Sequence record: NC_048182.1
Direction: 5' to 3' (one strand)
Length of the DNA: 64,000 nt
The notes below the pieces were generated by a model that saw nothing but the letters and a program-made list of their open reading frames with translations, ran no database searches and was not told where the DNA came from. Of this stretch, positions 22,201 through 32,088 are shown in pieces (position 1 is the first letter of the stretch; each line of letters begins with the position of its first letter). The translations under genes and the position numbers were made by a program.

Positions 22201-23569
22201 TCTTAGACTTCATGACGTTTGATGCTGCGTTAGTTACTTTCCAGATATTTTTGGGAATCGGTTTTTCACCTGGGGACAACGACTGGAGATATTCATCATA
22301 ATCGTAGAATTTCATTTCATCCATGGCTTGATAGTTCTCAGCCAATCGGTTTACCATCCCCGGACCTGAGGTGGAAAGGTATGAAACGACGTTACCCATA
22401 TCTTTAAGTTGTTTAACCTGGCCGCGAATCCATTTCGCTTGTGCTGGGTTATTTTTCATCAACTTATCGATCATCTTCTTCCCAGGACCATGGGTAAAGA
22501 AATAAGGGAGTTGTTCAATAGCCTGCCCGGCAACCATCTGACCAAGTAAGTCACCAATGGTTCCCTTTGACATTTCGCCAACACCCATGTCGAGACCCAT
22601 AGCTGCGGCATCGACTATCCCACCCATAGTCCCATACATATCTTTACGAGCACCCTTACCAAAACGGGTACTCATAAATTCACCCAGACCGCCCATGCGA
22701 CGTCCAACAGCACCTAATGCCGCATCACGCGCAGCTTGCTTAGTAGCAGCAAAGGTAGAAGTCTTTTCGAAATCAGATTTCTCTGAGGACTCTAAGATCT
22801 TCTTCAACTGACGGATCTCTTCATGGACACCTGCTTCCATGAATTTGTAGAACTTGGATGACTGGACGTATTGACGAGCAGTTAAGTTCAGCATCGCTTG
22901 ATCCATGCGAGCTTGAACATTGCGTTGATAGTTGAGTAAATCCCGGACACCGCCCTCGATATTAACAAGCTGACGGTTACCACCCATAATGGTGGACTGT
23001 AAGCTCGCTGTAGCCGCTGCGGTCATTGAGTTAAGGGAATCACTCAGTGAGGAGAACATACTGCTCTGCGAAGCTAGAGCGCGATCTTGAGCATATTCGG
23101 CTTCGTCATCCGAAGCATCATCCATACGCGCTAGGTCGCTAGAGTACTCACTTGGCTTTTCCCAATCAGAGAAGTCCTTCTCACTAAATTTATTAATGCC
23201 CTCACTAACAAAATTAGGCATCTTATCAGACATTTTCTCTGATAGGTGGCCAGCAATGTTTTGTAATGATTTAAAGGTCTGGGCATTTTCTTGCTGGAAC
23301 TCTGTTTTGAGTTCCTGATAACGGCCATGGATAAACTCGGCTTTGTCAAGCGCAGTAGACCACGTACTCGGTAACACAGTACGTAATGTTCTGATCTTGG
23401 CATCCGTTGTTCCTACCATGCCATCAGTTACGCCGGTTAAGAACCCCGATGCAAACCCACCAAGAAAACCTTTCTTGGCATTTGGGTCCATATCGAAGTC
23501 CATGTCGAAATCATAGTCTCCGGCGAACATATCCTCCGAATCCCAATTGATCTCGTAATCATCTTTCAT
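16268..23569 (-). CDS. Tape-measure-like virion protein with a C-terminal GH19 lysozyme domain (phiKZ gp181 position)
   Basis: 2433 aa, Gly/Ala-rich and helical. GH19 motifs ETG...ENTNWS and DGWNYRGRGFFQLTGKSNY. Divergent from vRNAP beta'. Confidence 0.85.
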   Translation of the reverse strand: MKDDYEINWDSEDMFAGDYDFDMDFDMDPNAKKGFLGGFASGFLTGVTDGMVGTTDAKIRTLRTVLPSTWSTALDKAEFIHGRYQELKTEFQQENAQTFKSLQNIAGHLSEKMSDKMPNFVSEGINKFSEKDFSDWEKPSEYSSDLARMDDASDDEAEYAQDRALASQSSMFSSLSDSLNSMTAAATASLQSTIMGGNRQLVNIEGGVRDLLNYQRNVQARMDQAMLNLTARQYVQSSKFYKFMEAGVHEEIRQLKKILESSEKSDFEKTSTFAATKQAARDAALGAVGRRMGGLGEFMSTRFGKGARKDMYGTMGGIVDAAAMGLDMGVGEMSKGTIGDLLGQMVAGQAIEQLPYFFTHGPGKKMIDKLMKNNPAQAKWIRGQVKQLKDMGNVVSYLSTSGPGMVNRLAENYQAMDEMKFYDYDEYLQSLSPGEKPIPKNIWKVTNAASNVMKSKINSFMQDVGKSRGTQYTISKRDPREMAQPGHWKEMNNITLNEVIPGLISQTNQILEQIRTGRDDVEKVSYNYMRGQFMKESDRKVTTKADLMQHSDFKNIASAALEMADSLDTRKLLSPAAKKALALQIAKDVDAEKAFNPFYYLGDLPGVPPSQLKEIHAVMKLHFGIEDQDIVDFENGDAFTQLKMASKMPTRKGRERLATASVAAENLKSNYPNVTQRINLLRQTGNEQMLRDLGVIYTEGGVDKINAQMFHDRIGQYMDDPNNPELRGVVNGDSRGIDAPTRGLGLGGTSGAPAPIVQVSGQEELNDTLKQLNERLAGMISKNDEQSKRGELVNFDSMTGEITSIKDINQGILGKTTEMAETMSKFYEMAAAGKLLIGKLTVKEEREEEDAKLSIWKAVKSKFPKGFATKGMEFLANNSPLVLGGMLGGLSSAFISNPLLAAGVASAGLLAGGIVQYWGRQDAKAATGNAPSDDEDILNERGEPILAAQALKAEQYLDAVTRRVIKTWNDIKGPVYDTLNKVVIGVTTLSGKIFGPDGRAVVLNGLKRVKDAAVSAYGLLDPINRIKSAMQMGKDLIYQQDVYVRGDKEPRLLSIKFKSGEYFIRTDNNEFKSISGWNEINGPVYDEQGNQLVTQEEYEAGLITATGAAVRNVGAGAANMVGMATGLAKSGMDTLLGKLGYNKAPTAPGAAGGASGAMGSASGVERRLDRIYKLLEKQFGISIDDDALDSAMAAAGMGGAGSGGGSTGGNSNSSTSPFRLNSLSFKARQKEEEEKHKVNEAIISIAENTKGLGAGDGKDEKEGGIFSKLKGFIGGIATFGMNLIKNPIGTIGGLIFGSLVKSTERLGKIGKLLFNGVLGAASPIYKLMKWGFSSLAKAFMGGKMVRGAMDALDGPDVDVEQHGQSGKKKKGKAGKKGKGAKAGGRTRTPKTRGKFKIGNPMSMVVGTGLSWALGEAMGDDEIPASPTENADIGIGDRDPVTGHYRTAGDAGIEALTSWLPQGQLAKAAVDSAISSDTRQTLDNYGLFWSSDGKFFFNRNTMEKHEDEVRGIAKDETGYGLIKDPGKPSRQRSIRLAMYGIKDSSSPLGRRVLLLEKLLYPWVAIRGDRASLKPDTPIEKILTQFVEATSAPYKDNNAISSWYTARFKPIFLMYNAAISVARMGDLDEFDAKQSFEVVQVVSRVSEAIATMDPFPYNIDIRIDNTEGIMNEELTRHTVTAMFERLSKDFPPPDENAVEKIATDADTAKKLETQGTPTSAVPTHEQASQDIMGKKAALASQQAIDAKFQQPAKVSEIDISDMMPGGDQPMDAFVMTRLAAYGNIDNMPWRVAAVLRLERYMENFIMVMGDDARFTGKSGQVLELFKASFRLDTDIAINNWMTWFRDRFLPVLMTYVKGVKKYKGTMPSVGWKSLSATNRAQIAHQLTEQLVVVNDQQVSVWEIEASPFPSSKSGKWADRAKKYLEILDAKAAQARLRDPELEDMSSRTMEEKDPQKFAKDEAETKEKAKQTTLEIQQRASGSSPNTFGGAMPGFGGAGGQTAMSQGGYYPNATMSAPGGPAGSAGEFMGKANENFNPEFIKQAGEDKGVKMSLEQGEKLMLNHLVKAGFKDNKVLALALAMARKETGNYQNTVENTNWSAPTLLKYFKNVPDAATAQKVAAMSPAERAMWVYGRAPKGPQLGNSKPEDGWNYRGRGFFQLTGKSNYEKFKKDTGIDVVSNPKLVSEDPNVMAESAVWYLKNNPAMKSIAKSGDFDTAVRGINGGNAVPATDERRKYYNDYLNKLRSGDIDLGDTSGAADAADPDAADPMAGGGKAPTAADQNAPPEQVAGQTAVKEAGAKAETVSDILAKEQKPPSNVGSTASAGSASPLDPSTKGTAAADAIESSAASESGSSSATDSSSAPSTASAASAPAVKAPEVAPAAPQGPIKAEVALPDNLQTTDTTVAGILSQTNQLLTQLVQGQKKGDGGNVVDMR

Positions 23570-23595
23570 ATATAAACCTCGTTAGGAAATCACTA

Positions 23596-25221
23596 ATGGC
23601 CAGAAAACCTACTAACTTTACTTTGCTAGATCCTAGCAAGGTACCGTGGCAATTAATGCGGCCAGTCACAGTGGCTGACACATTTGAAGGTCAAACAAGT
23701 AACCTAAATGATGACGGTCTTTATTCAACTTTAATCTTCGGTCGTGTTGGGACTGATGAACGCGATAAGACCGAATCGTACATTGATGTTACATTGCCAA
23801 TCTTCAACCCGACATACTTCAAAGCTCTGATCCAACTTAAGAGCTTATACGGAGAAATCATCCGTGGTCGGGCATATGCCATCTGGGACGAGACCGAGAA
23901 GGATTTCATAAAATCCAACATCCTCGAAGGGGATACTGGATTCGCCTTCTTTATGGAACACTTTAATCAGCTGGATCCTAAACAGAACGAATCATTTAAA
24001 CGTAAACAGAAGATCGACTTGGTTAATCTTTTTAAAGACCGAGCACTGTCTTCTAAAATTCTGGTGATGCCAGCAGGGATTCGTGACATTGAATTTACTC
24101 CCGGAACCGATATGGTTACTGAGAATGAAATCAATGATCTTTATCGCAAACTGATCTTCCGTAGTAAGTCATTAAACGTAAGGAATATTGACTTTACCGA
24201 CCCAGTGTACGATAATATCCGTTGGGGACTGCAAGAGTCATTTAACAACATCGGCGAGTTCCTGTTTAAGATGCAGGAAGGCAAACGCGGCTTTATGCAA
24301 CGTCGTATGTCTCGTCGTTCTATCTTTGGTGCAACACGTAACGTAATCACTTCTCGTAAAGTATCCGTTGAAGATTGCGACAAGAACGTTACTGGGGATC
24401 CTAACTCCACTATCATTGGTTTGTATCAGGCTTTGCTTGGTTTCAACCTTGTAGCCATCTACGAACTCTCTAATGGCTTCCTGAGCGACGTGTTCACTCC
24501 AGGGATGTCAATGGCTAAGTTAGTTGATCCGAAGACGCTGAAGAGCACCTACGTTGATGTAGACCCATTAGCGGTTGACAAATGGACTTCTTCGGATGGT
24601 CTAACCTCTCTGTTTAACGGTTATGGTTCACCGAACCTTCGTAATCGCGATATTAAAATTGCTGGGCATTATCTTGGTCTGGTATATGACGATGGTAAGA
24701 AGGTTATGCTGTTGCATGACATTGACGACTTACCAGAAGGTTGGGATAGAAAACATATTCGTCCAGTAACTTACACGCAGTTCTTCTACATGCAGACCGT
24801 TAAGGCCATTGAGAAGAAAATGTTGCAAGTTACTCGATACCCAATTACTGGGATAGGTTCTATCTACCCGAGTCGTGTGTTCGTCATGCCGACGAACTCA
24901 ACCTCAGCATCACGTACGTTGTTTGACATTGATGGTGAAACTGCTATCACCGATTACAACTATTTCCCAGCATGGACAAAGAACCCAAGCTACTTCGATG
25001 GAATGTCAATTGCGAACATTCGCCTTGGTCTGGCTGGCGGTGACTTCGATGGTGATGCCTTATCAGCAAACTCCATCATGGCTGAGGATTCAATTCGTGA
25101 AGTTGAAATGATGTTCGGTAAGCGTGACTTCTACATCTCTGGTTCGGGGGACTTCTTATATGACCCTGTGCAAGAACCTCATGAATTCCTTTTACGTTCA
25201 CTTACTAACGGATTATCGTAA
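23596..25221 (+). CDS. Virion RNA polymerase beta' subunit, N-terminal/catalytic part (phiKZ gp180-like)
   Basis: DGLYSTLIFG, KILVMPAGIRD, RRSIFGATRNVI and the catalytic loop GGDFDGD. Confidence 0.92.
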   Translation: MARKPTNFTLLDPSKVPWQLMRPVTVADTFEGQTSNLNDDGLYSTLIFGRVGTDERDKTESYIDVTLPIFNPTYFKALIQLKSLYGEIIRGRAYAIWDETEKDFIKSNILEGDTGFAFFMEHFNQLDPKQNESFKRKQKIDLVNLFKDRALSSKILVMPAGIRDIEFTPGTDMVTENEINDLYRKLIFRSKSLNVRNIDFTDPVYDNIRWGLQESFNNIGEFLFKMQEGKRGFMQRRMSRRSIFGATRNVITSRKVSVEDCDKNVTGDPNSTIIGLYQALLGFNLVAIYELSNGFLSDVFTPGMSMAKLVDPKTLKSTYVDVDPLAVDKWTSSDGLTSLFNGYGSPNLRNRDIKIAGHYLGLVYDDGKKVMLLHDIDDLPEGWDRKHIRPVTYTQFFYMQTVKAIEKKMLQVTRYPITGIGSIYPSRVFVMPTNSTSASRTLFDIDGETAITDYNYFPAWTKNPSYFDGMSIANIRLGLAGGDFDGDALSANSIMAEDSIREVEMMFGKRDFYISGSGDFLYDPVQEPHEFLLRSLTNGLS

Positions 25222-28200
25222 TGTTTCAAAACCCAGATCTCTTTATGATTGATGGGGTCGAAGCCATGCAGTATAACATGTTCGTTAAACTGTATGGTAC
25301 TCGTGAGAAGATTAACGATGTATTAAGCCCACGGTATAACCCCGTGGGTGACATCATGCTTCCGCGTGAATCGATCATCCATTACATGCAGCATATCCCT
25401 GGTGAGATCGGACCGTCTAACACGGCTCCTTTCATTAGTAACTATGATAAGCGCATTAACATCTTCTTTAATACCAACTATGATGTTGTTCTGGGATCGA
25501 CTAAGATCTTAGCCACACAACTCAGTGCGGTCATTAAAGGGTATGAAGGGTCACACTTCATTTATAACCGCGCACGTCAATATCAGACGGCGTTGGCAAA
25601 GGAAGGTGAACTGTTAGTCAATAACCTGGCCGTGGGTCAGATTCCTATTGTCTATAAACGTCGTACCGTATTTACTCCATATCAAATCAACTACAACAAC
25701 TGGAGTACGTTGATTGGATCGATAAACGAATTCAGTAAGTTTGGTCGTCATCAGTTTGTGGAAGTTCCTCTTCCTCGAACGTTCCCAACCTTTATTCGTT
25801 TGAAGCAAGATTTCCAACGTTATAAGAGCTTCTTCAATGAGAACATGGAGATCGCTCACTATGACAAGAAAACCTTACAGCAGTATCAGGCTGAGCAAAG
25901 CTTCTGGTTGCTTGATTTGTACGGAATCCTCATGGGCTTTAAAGAGAAGGAGTATTCTCTCTTTAATAAACTTAATGATGACGCCCGTCGCCAGTTAGAA
26001 TTGGTGTTTACCTATAACGGTAAATGTTGGATTGTCAACCTCCAAAACGTTATTAACCTTTTAGCTTATTCCGATAAGCCGAAAGATGAAGAACCTGGCG
26101 CAACAAAAATTAACCACTTCAAGCGCTTCTATATTGCTCTGATCAGTCTGGTCACTCCTATTGAAACCACGCAGCAGAGTCAAGAAGAAAATGGAAGAGA
26201 AGACGAAACTAATAACAAGGGAACCTCTACCAAGGAAGAAGAAGTTTCCGGGGATGACGATACTATCGAAGATCCCGTTGTGGATGATAATCCTCGGGCT
26301 GATTCTCTGGCTGACCTTTACGCCAGCCTTGAGAGAAATGATTCTGTACAGGATGACAAACCAGGAACACCGGCAGAACAAAGTTCTGTTGAAGCACCTG
26401 GGGTCGATCCCGATGATACTGAATCCGACCCCTCGACTGAATGGTCAGCAGAAGTAAGTGATGAAGTGTTTGAACGTGCCACGGTTGAATCTGTGGTTGT
26501 AGTTACAAACACTCGTGGTTATGGTCCAACGACTTCCATTGCTCGTGAGCTGGAAGAGTTAGCAAAAACCGGTCAGCTTACTACTAAAGAAATGGAGTTC
26601 TTTGAAAAGGCTAGTAACAAATATAAAGAGTTAGAAGTAGGCGGTGTCCCTCTTGAAGAGATCATTGACATTAAACCTTCTGACATGAAACTGCAGAACG
26701 AGAACGTCAGTCCTGACAGTATTGTGGTACGTGATAAAGCAGCACTAAAATCTCGTACTACTGAGTTGACCAAAGAGTATAACGCCAAACTCTTAGAGCG
26801 TAACGTTATTGAGATGATTCTCTATGGCGCTCAGAACGGTAAAACCGCTTTGACTGATATTGAGATGGAACGTACCATTACTGCTGACTCAAAGTACAAC
26901 GTACTGACGATGCAGTTCCAACCTCTTAAAGGTAGCCGTTCCACTCGTCGTATGCGTATGCCAATCGTTGAAGAAGATGGTTCCTTTACCATCAACGGTG
27001 TTAAGTCCTATGCGCAGTTAATGCGTATGGAATTACCAATTCGTAAAATATCTCCAACTAAGGTTGCGTTGACTTCTTATTACGATAAGAAGATCATGGT
27101 CGAGCGTTCCATTAAACGCGCTGATGATTACCGTAACTGGCTGAAGACATCTATCATAGCTCGTTCTTATGCTGACAAATCTATTAAGGTAAGTCTGGGT
27201 GGATTCAAACCACCTAAAGACAAAGTGTGCTATTACTATAGTGTTCTCGCCTCTCGTTTCAAATCCATCTCTACACCAGACTTCCATTTTGACTTTGACA
27301 CTGCAGCATTAGTGACAACAAAAGAAGAAGCTAAACTGTGTAATGAGAACCAGTGGATTATTGGTCGTAAAGGGGATCATCCTATCTTTATCGACTCTAC
27401 CGGCTTGGTTACCATTAATGGACAAGACGAAGGGTACATTGAAGAACTGCTTGGTCTGAACGTTGCTAAAGCACCTTTACCTACCGCAACAGTAAATATC
27501 AACGGTTATCACTTCCCAGCGGTTGTTGTGTTATCTTACTGGATTGGGTTCACTAACCTGTTGAAAATGCTGAAGGTCGAATACCGCACAGTAGAACCAG
27601 ATCAACGCGCTCAGTTAGGTGCTGATGAATATATGGTTGTCTTTGCTGACGAGCGCATGATTCTTAACCGTCGTGATGAACTGTCTACATTAATCATGAC
27701 TGGGTTGCGTAAACTCGATAACCTTCAGAACTTCTCCCGTTCGCATTTAGATGATCCTAACATCTGGTTCGGTCTCATTGGTGACCCTCGCGTTAAACCG
27801 AGTCACTTCAAAGAGATGACGATGCTGTACGACATGTTCATTGATCCAATTACTAAACGTCAGTTGGAACAGATGAAGTATCCGTACGTCCTGGATAAGC
27901 TGATCATTGAAGCTGTTAAACTCATGCTGAGCAATGAGTCCAAACACGAGATCGAAATTACCGAGCAACGTTTCGTCGGTTACGAACGTTTTGCTGGTCA
28001 CGTTTATCGTGAGCTTGTTAAAGCAACTCGTCAATACCGTAACAAACCAAACAACGGTAAGAAAACCTTCGACCTTAACCCTGAAGCTGTAATGATGGCT
28101 ATCGTAAGTGACTCTTCTGCTCAGGCAACTGAGGAAGTTAACCCGATTCACCAAATCAAGCAACAGGAAGAAGTTACCTTTGGTGGGACCTTGGGTCGTA

Positions 28201-29546
28201 GTGACCGTGCGATGGTTCGTCGTACTCGTGGACAGTTACCAAACTACGCAGGGATTATCTCTGAAGCTGGTAAGGACTCCGGTAAAGTAGGGTTCATCAG
28301 TTATCTGACTTCTGACGCTAAGATTGCTGACCTTTACGGTAACGTTGATGCGAACATGAAAGGCACGACTGTGGGTCGTGGTTCTGTTGTTATGAACACA
28401 CTCTACGGCACAACCAAGGACGATACCAAACGTACACTGTTCTCCGGCGTACAGCAAAGCCAGGTTATGGCTGCGGATAACTATGTCGTTAACCCACTAC
28501 GTACTTCTTACGACTCTATCATTGCTTATCGTACTTCTGAGTTGTACTCGTCTATCTCTAAGAAAGATGGGAAAGTAACTGAGGTAAGTGAGTATGGTAT
28601 TACCGTAGAGTATGATGATGGGACAACGGATAAGTTCCCGCTGGGGTATGAGATTGGTAAAGGTGCGGGTGAATATCACAAACACCTGAAGATCACAGAC
28701 CGCGATGTAGGATATGCGTTCAAGAAAGGTGAAATCCTGGCTTGGGACTCAATGTTCTTTGACCGTGATATGATCGACCCAACTCGCGTTGTTTGGAAGT
28801 CTGGTGGTTTAGCACGTATTGCCTTTGGTGAAGACCAGTTTACCTTTGAAGACTCCATCGGTATTGTTAAAGCGTTCTCTGATGCTTCGACAACTCCGTT
28901 CGTTAAACCTAACGATTTTAAAGTGGAAGCTCTCCAGGAAATCAAACTTCACGTTAAAGTGGGCGACGTGGTTGAATACGACCAGATCCTATGCGACATC
29001 CAGAACCCTGAGTCTGCTGCTTTCGAGGTAGATGATTCTGGTATGTTTGATGGGTTGGACCGTTTAGGTATCAAGCAGATTAAAGCGAAGCAGTCAGGCA
29101 AGATCTCCAAAATCGAAGTTGTCTATAATGGCGATATCGAAGACTGGAGTGATTCACTGAAAGCTTTCATTAAGAAGCAAGACGGTGTTCGAGCTAAATC
29201 AGCTAACTATAAGAAACTCACTGCGAAGACCGGTGACGTTGGTGGTAACACCTCCGTTGGTAAGAGCAAGGTTTACCCTGGCACTGCGGTTGTGTACATC
29301 TATATCGAGAACACAATCAAAACCACCACTGCGGATAAATTCGTAGTAGGTAACCAGATGAAGGGTACAGTTGGTTTCATTTATGAACACCAGATCTATA
29401 CCGTGGACGGTCGTCCTGTTGACATTACGTTCTCGCTTAAGTCACTGTTGAACCGAATGGTTCTGAGCTTACGCGATAAGGCAGTCGCTAACGAAGTCAA
29501 CAACGTTTACACTCAGCGCATGATCGCTAAATACGGGAAATACTAA
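25221..29546 (+). CDS. Virion RNA polymerase beta subunit, N-terminal part (phiKZ gp178-like)
   Basis: 1441 aa. RpoB-like motifs GSFTINGV, EAGKDSGKVG, EDQFTFEDSI and ADKFVVGNQMKGTV. Confidence 0.92.
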   Translation: MFQNPDLFMIDGVEAMQYNMFVKLYGTREKINDVLSPRYNPVGDIMLPRESIIHYMQHIPGEIGPSNTAPFISNYDKRINIFFNTNYDVVLGSTKILATQLSAVIKGYEGSHFIYNRARQYQTALAKEGELLVNNLAVGQIPIVYKRRTVFTPYQINYNNWSTLIGSINEFSKFGRHQFVEVPLPRTFPTFIRLKQDFQRYKSFFNENMEIAHYDKKTLQQYQAEQSFWLLDLYGILMGFKEKEYSLFNKLNDDARRQLELVFTYNGKCWIVNLQNVINLLAYSDKPKDEEPGATKINHFKRFYIALISLVTPIETTQQSQEENGREDETNNKGTSTKEEEVSGDDDTIEDPVVDDNPRADSLADLYASLERNDSVQDDKPGTPAEQSSVEAPGVDPDDTESDPSTEWSAEVSDEVFERATVESVVVVTNTRGYGPTTSIARELEELAKTGQLTTKEMEFFEKASNKYKELEVGGVPLEEIIDIKPSDMKLQNENVSPDSIVVRDKAALKSRTTELTKEYNAKLLERNVIEMILYGAQNGKTALTDIEMERTITADSKYNVLTMQFQPLKGSRSTRRMRMPIVEEDGSFTINGVKSYAQLMRMELPIRKISPTKVALTSYYDKKIMVERSIKRADDYRNWLKTSIIARSYADKSIKVSLGGFKPPKDKVCYYYSVLASRFKSISTPDFHFDFDTAALVTTKEEAKLCNENQWIIGRKGDHPIFIDSTGLVTINGQDEGYIEELLGLNVAKAPLPTATVNINGYHFPAVVVLSYWIGFTNLLKMLKVEYRTVEPDQRAQLGADEYMVVFADERMILNRRDELSTLIMTGLRKLDNLQNFSRSHLDDPNIWFGLIGDPRVKPSHFKEMTMLYDMFIDPITKRQLEQMKYPYVLDKLIIEAVKLMLSNESKHEIEITEQRFVGYERFAGHVYRELVKATRQYRNKPNNGKKTFDLNPEAVMMAIVSDSSAQATEEVNPIHQIKQQEEVTFGGTLGRSDRAMVRRTRGQLPNYAGIISEAGKDSGKVGFISYLTSDAKIADLYGNVDANMKGTTVGRGSVVMNTLYGTTKDDTKRTLFSGVQQSQVMAADNYVVNPLRTSYDSIIAYRTSELYSSISKKDGKVTEVSEYGITVEYDDGTTDKFPLGYEIGKGAGEYHKHLKITDRDVGYAFKKGEILAWDSMFFDRDMIDPTRVVWKSGGLARIAFGEDQFTFEDSIGIVKAFSDASTTPFVKPNDFKVEALQEIKLHVKVGDVVEYDQILCDIQNPESAAFEVDDSGMFDGLDRLGIKQIKAKQSGKISKIEVVYNGDIEDWSDSLKAFIKKQDGVRAKSANYKKLTAKTGDVGGNTSVGKSKVYPGTAVVYIYIENTIKTTTADKFVVGNQMKGTVGFIYEHQIYTVDGRPVDITFSLKSLLNRMVLSLRDKAVANEVNNVYTQRMIAKYGKY

Positions 29547-30415
29547 TGTCAAACTCCAACACTGATGTATTCGCCATTAAGACGATGCAATCACTGTTGC
29601 GAGAAGTTAATCTCTATCGAGGCCGCATTGACGGCCTCTTTGGAGATGGCTGTCGCAATAGCGTTATCGCAATGCTGAAAAAGATCGATCCAGCATTTAA
29701 TAAACAACTACCGGTTAACAGTTATGATGCAGCTTCTGTCTTCACCTTTATTCAGACTGGTCTGGCTGCTCTTGGTCTTTATACCCGTCGGATTGATGGT
29801 ATTTGGGGCGATGGTACTTTTGGGGCTTTTAGCCAGTTGGTGGAAAACTATCGAGTATCCACCGGTAATCCACGATTCGGATTTGCGTGGTCTGGACATC
29901 CGGCAGTACCGAAAGAAGGTGTAGAGAAATATCTCACCTGGATGCGTAAATGGGGTAAACCTGATGAACACGTATCTTATATCTTGAGCTGCAATGCTCT
30001 GGAAACTGGCCGGACATTTGATCCAGCTATTCGCAATAAACTAAGTGGTGCAGTTGGCTTGATTCAGTTTATGCCTAAAGGGTCTGCTTTAGACCTGGGC
30101 ACAACTGCTGACGCACTGGCTAAGATGAGTTTTGTTGAACAGCAGGATTATGTCTTCAAATACTTTGAAAAGTACGGCTACATCAAGAAGTGTCAGAGGC
30201 TGGAAGATTATTACCTTTCTATCTTCATGCCAGTAATGGTAGGTCGTGATCCAAATGAAGTTATTGGGCGTGCAGGTACTAAACTGTATGATCAAAACAA
30301 AGGCTTCGATGCGGACAAGAAAGGGTATTACACCGTCGGTGATATCGGCGCTGCAATTAACCAGTTCTACTGGGATGGGCTTGATCCGAAGAATCGTGTC
30401 ATCATTACTCCATAA
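29546..30415 (+). CDS. Modular endolysin: two PG-binding repeats plus an SLT/lysozyme-like catalytic domain
   Basis: Repeats RIDGLFGDG and RIDGIWGDGT; catalytic ALETG and SGAVGLIQFM. Confidence 0.85.
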   Translation: MSNSNTDVFAIKTMQSLLREVNLYRGRIDGLFGDGCRNSVIAMLKKIDPAFNKQLPVNSYDAASVFTFIQTGLAALGLYTRRIDGIWGDGTFGAFSQLVENYRVSTGNPRFGFAWSGHPAVPKEGVEKYLTWMRKWGKPDEHVSYILSCNALETGRTFDPAIRNKLSGAVGLIQFMPKGSALDLGTTADALAKMSFVEQQDYVFKYFEKYGYIKKCQRLEDYYLSIFMPVMVGRDPNEVIGRAGTKLYDQNKGFDADKKGYYTVGDIGAAINQFYWDGLDPKNRVIITP

Positions 30416-30424
30416 GGAATCGTT

Positions 30425-30589
30425 ATGTCTGCTGTAGACAACATTGTCACAGTTAGCAACTTGTTTGAAGTTGTTGCTGCTGTACAAGAAAAAGTTGGTT
30501 ATGAGTTTCAAGCTCCGCTCGACGAAGCAACTCAAAACGAAGTAACCTCCCGTGCAATCAAAGCAATCGTCCTGGGAGATGAAGAATGA
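30425..30589 (+). CDS. Small acidic protein (54 aa), absent from the ORF track
   Basis: AAGGA RBS, then MSAVDNIVTV...VLGDEE; its stop overlaps the next ATG. Confidence 0.65.
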   Translation: MSAVDNIVTVSNLFEVVAAVQEKVGYEFQAPLDEATQNEVTSRAIKAIVLGDEE

Positions 30590-32088
30590 TTAAGCAAACT
30601 ACGGTACTGATGGCGACACCAATCGCTGCGGTAGCTACTGCCAAAGGCATGGATCTTCATGAACGTGTTGGCGATATCATTAAAGGTCTGAACGAAACCA
30701 CAGCTGCGGCTGCGGCATATACCGAAGATAATATCGCGGTCGCACTTCCTGCCTTTACTTCAACCAGTCCTGATCATACTGAAGCGCTGGATGCTACTTC
30801 AGATATTATCGCTGCGCGTATTCGTGCCGGGCTGGAAACGATCTCTAAGCGCGTTAAACCGGTACTGAAAGCTGTTGAGCAGGAAATCTCCAACCTGCTG
30901 GATGCGAACAATGTGGTCGATACCATCTTTGGTGCTTGTCGCGTTGAAGCGGTTAACATCGAACCTGCATTCCTGAAGTCTCCATTCTTCCCTAAAGCTG
31001 TTCCACCAACCTTTGCTGATATCGGTACAGTTAAAACATCTGACCTGATCAAAGGCGCTTACCCGCAGATGTCTGGTGAAGACCTGGTTGAGCTGATTGC
31101 GGTTAACGTTCCAGAACTCACAACCTTCTTCAGTAACCCTACTGAAGTGAAACGTGTTTATGATTCCCTGTTTGTAGAGAAGTATTACTACGACCTGGTT
31201 TCAGCTGGAGCTATCAACAATGGCGTTATTAACGTCAATGCTGGTGACAACTTCCGCTTTAGCAATTTCCGCCCAATGGTTATCGCATCTCTGATGCTGA
31301 ATCGCCTGGTGGCAATGGAAGATCCTCTCGATGGTGTTACCGGTGTTTCACTGGACGACTATCGCGCTAGCCTGGCTGTCACCCGTGACCTGCTTTCTAC
31401 TTTGCTGTATAACTTTGGTCAGATCTGGGAAACACGTGCTGCTGCAGGTGTTGTAATTCTTGACGAAGGCGTACAGCTCGGTAAGATGCTGGGTAACGCA
31501 CAGCTGCTGGAAGGTACTCTGGTAGTTGGTTACAACCGTGCTGTGCTGGACATGTTTGCCGATGCTGAATCGCTTTCTCTGTCTGAGTTTGCTATCGGTT
31601 ATGTTTACGCTAAGCTGCGCGGTTACCGTCCTAAGGACATCATCACCGACCGTGATGCTATCTGCGATGCGTTCCGTGAATACTGCGGTGATGTTAAAGC
31701 AGGGTTGATCACTTCTAAAGCAACAGTTGCTGCTAGCGCATATTCTCGCGTTGTTGAATCTCTTTATACCAAAGATGAATTCAAAGAAGCGATTGATGCG
31801 ATGAATGATGATATCATTCCATCTCAGCGGCTGGCGATGCGTGTTGCTAAGCATATCGACATCGGTATGTTCTTCCAGAACACTGCTCTGGTGGATTCCA
31901 TCGTTAAGGGTGAAAACTCTCTGATGAATACCCCACTGGCTGCGGTAATGGCAGGTGCTTTTGACAGCCCAATCGCTGAAGAGATTCTGCGAATCAACGC
32001 GCAGAACAAACCTGGCTCCCTGGAACAGCAGCGTAAGGCGCTTTCTCGTGCAATCATCACTGTCATTCTGAAACGTCTGATTAAGTAA
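30586..32088 (+). CDS. Virion head protein (SPN3US gp243-like position)
   Basis: 500 aa, Ala-rich, lies between the endolysin and vRNAP beta'M. Confidence 0.6.
   Translation: MIKQTTVLMATPIAAVATAKGMDLHERVGDIIKGLNETTAAAAAYTEDNIAVALPAFTSTSPDHTEALDATSDIIAARIRAGLETISKRVKPVLKAVEQEISNLLDANNVVDTIFGACRVEAVNIEPAFLKSPFFPKAVPPTFADIGTVKTSDLIKGAYPQMSGEDLVELIAVNVPELTTFFSNPTEVKRVYDSLFVEKYYYDLVSAGAINNGVINVNAGDNFRFSNFRPMVIASLMLNRLVAMEDPLDGVTGVSLDDYRASLAVTRDLLSTLLYNFGQIWETRAAAGVVILDEGVQLGKMLGNAQLLEGTLVVGYNRAVLDMFADAESLSLSEFAIGYVYAKLRGYRPKDIITDRDAICDAFREYCGDVKAGLITSKATVAASAYSRVVESLYTKDEFKEAIDAMNDDIIPSQRLAMRVAKHIDIGMFFQNTALVDSIVKGENSLMNTPLAAVMAGAFDSPIAEEILRINAQNKPGSLEQQRKALSRAIITVILKRLIK

Noticed and set aside
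23596-29546. Inteins or introns in the vRNAP genes or terminase
   Set aside because: Lengths fit uninterrupted orthologs, with no C/S...HN intein ends or LAGLIDADG/HNH motifs. The acidic stretch in betaN looks like a low-complexity linker.
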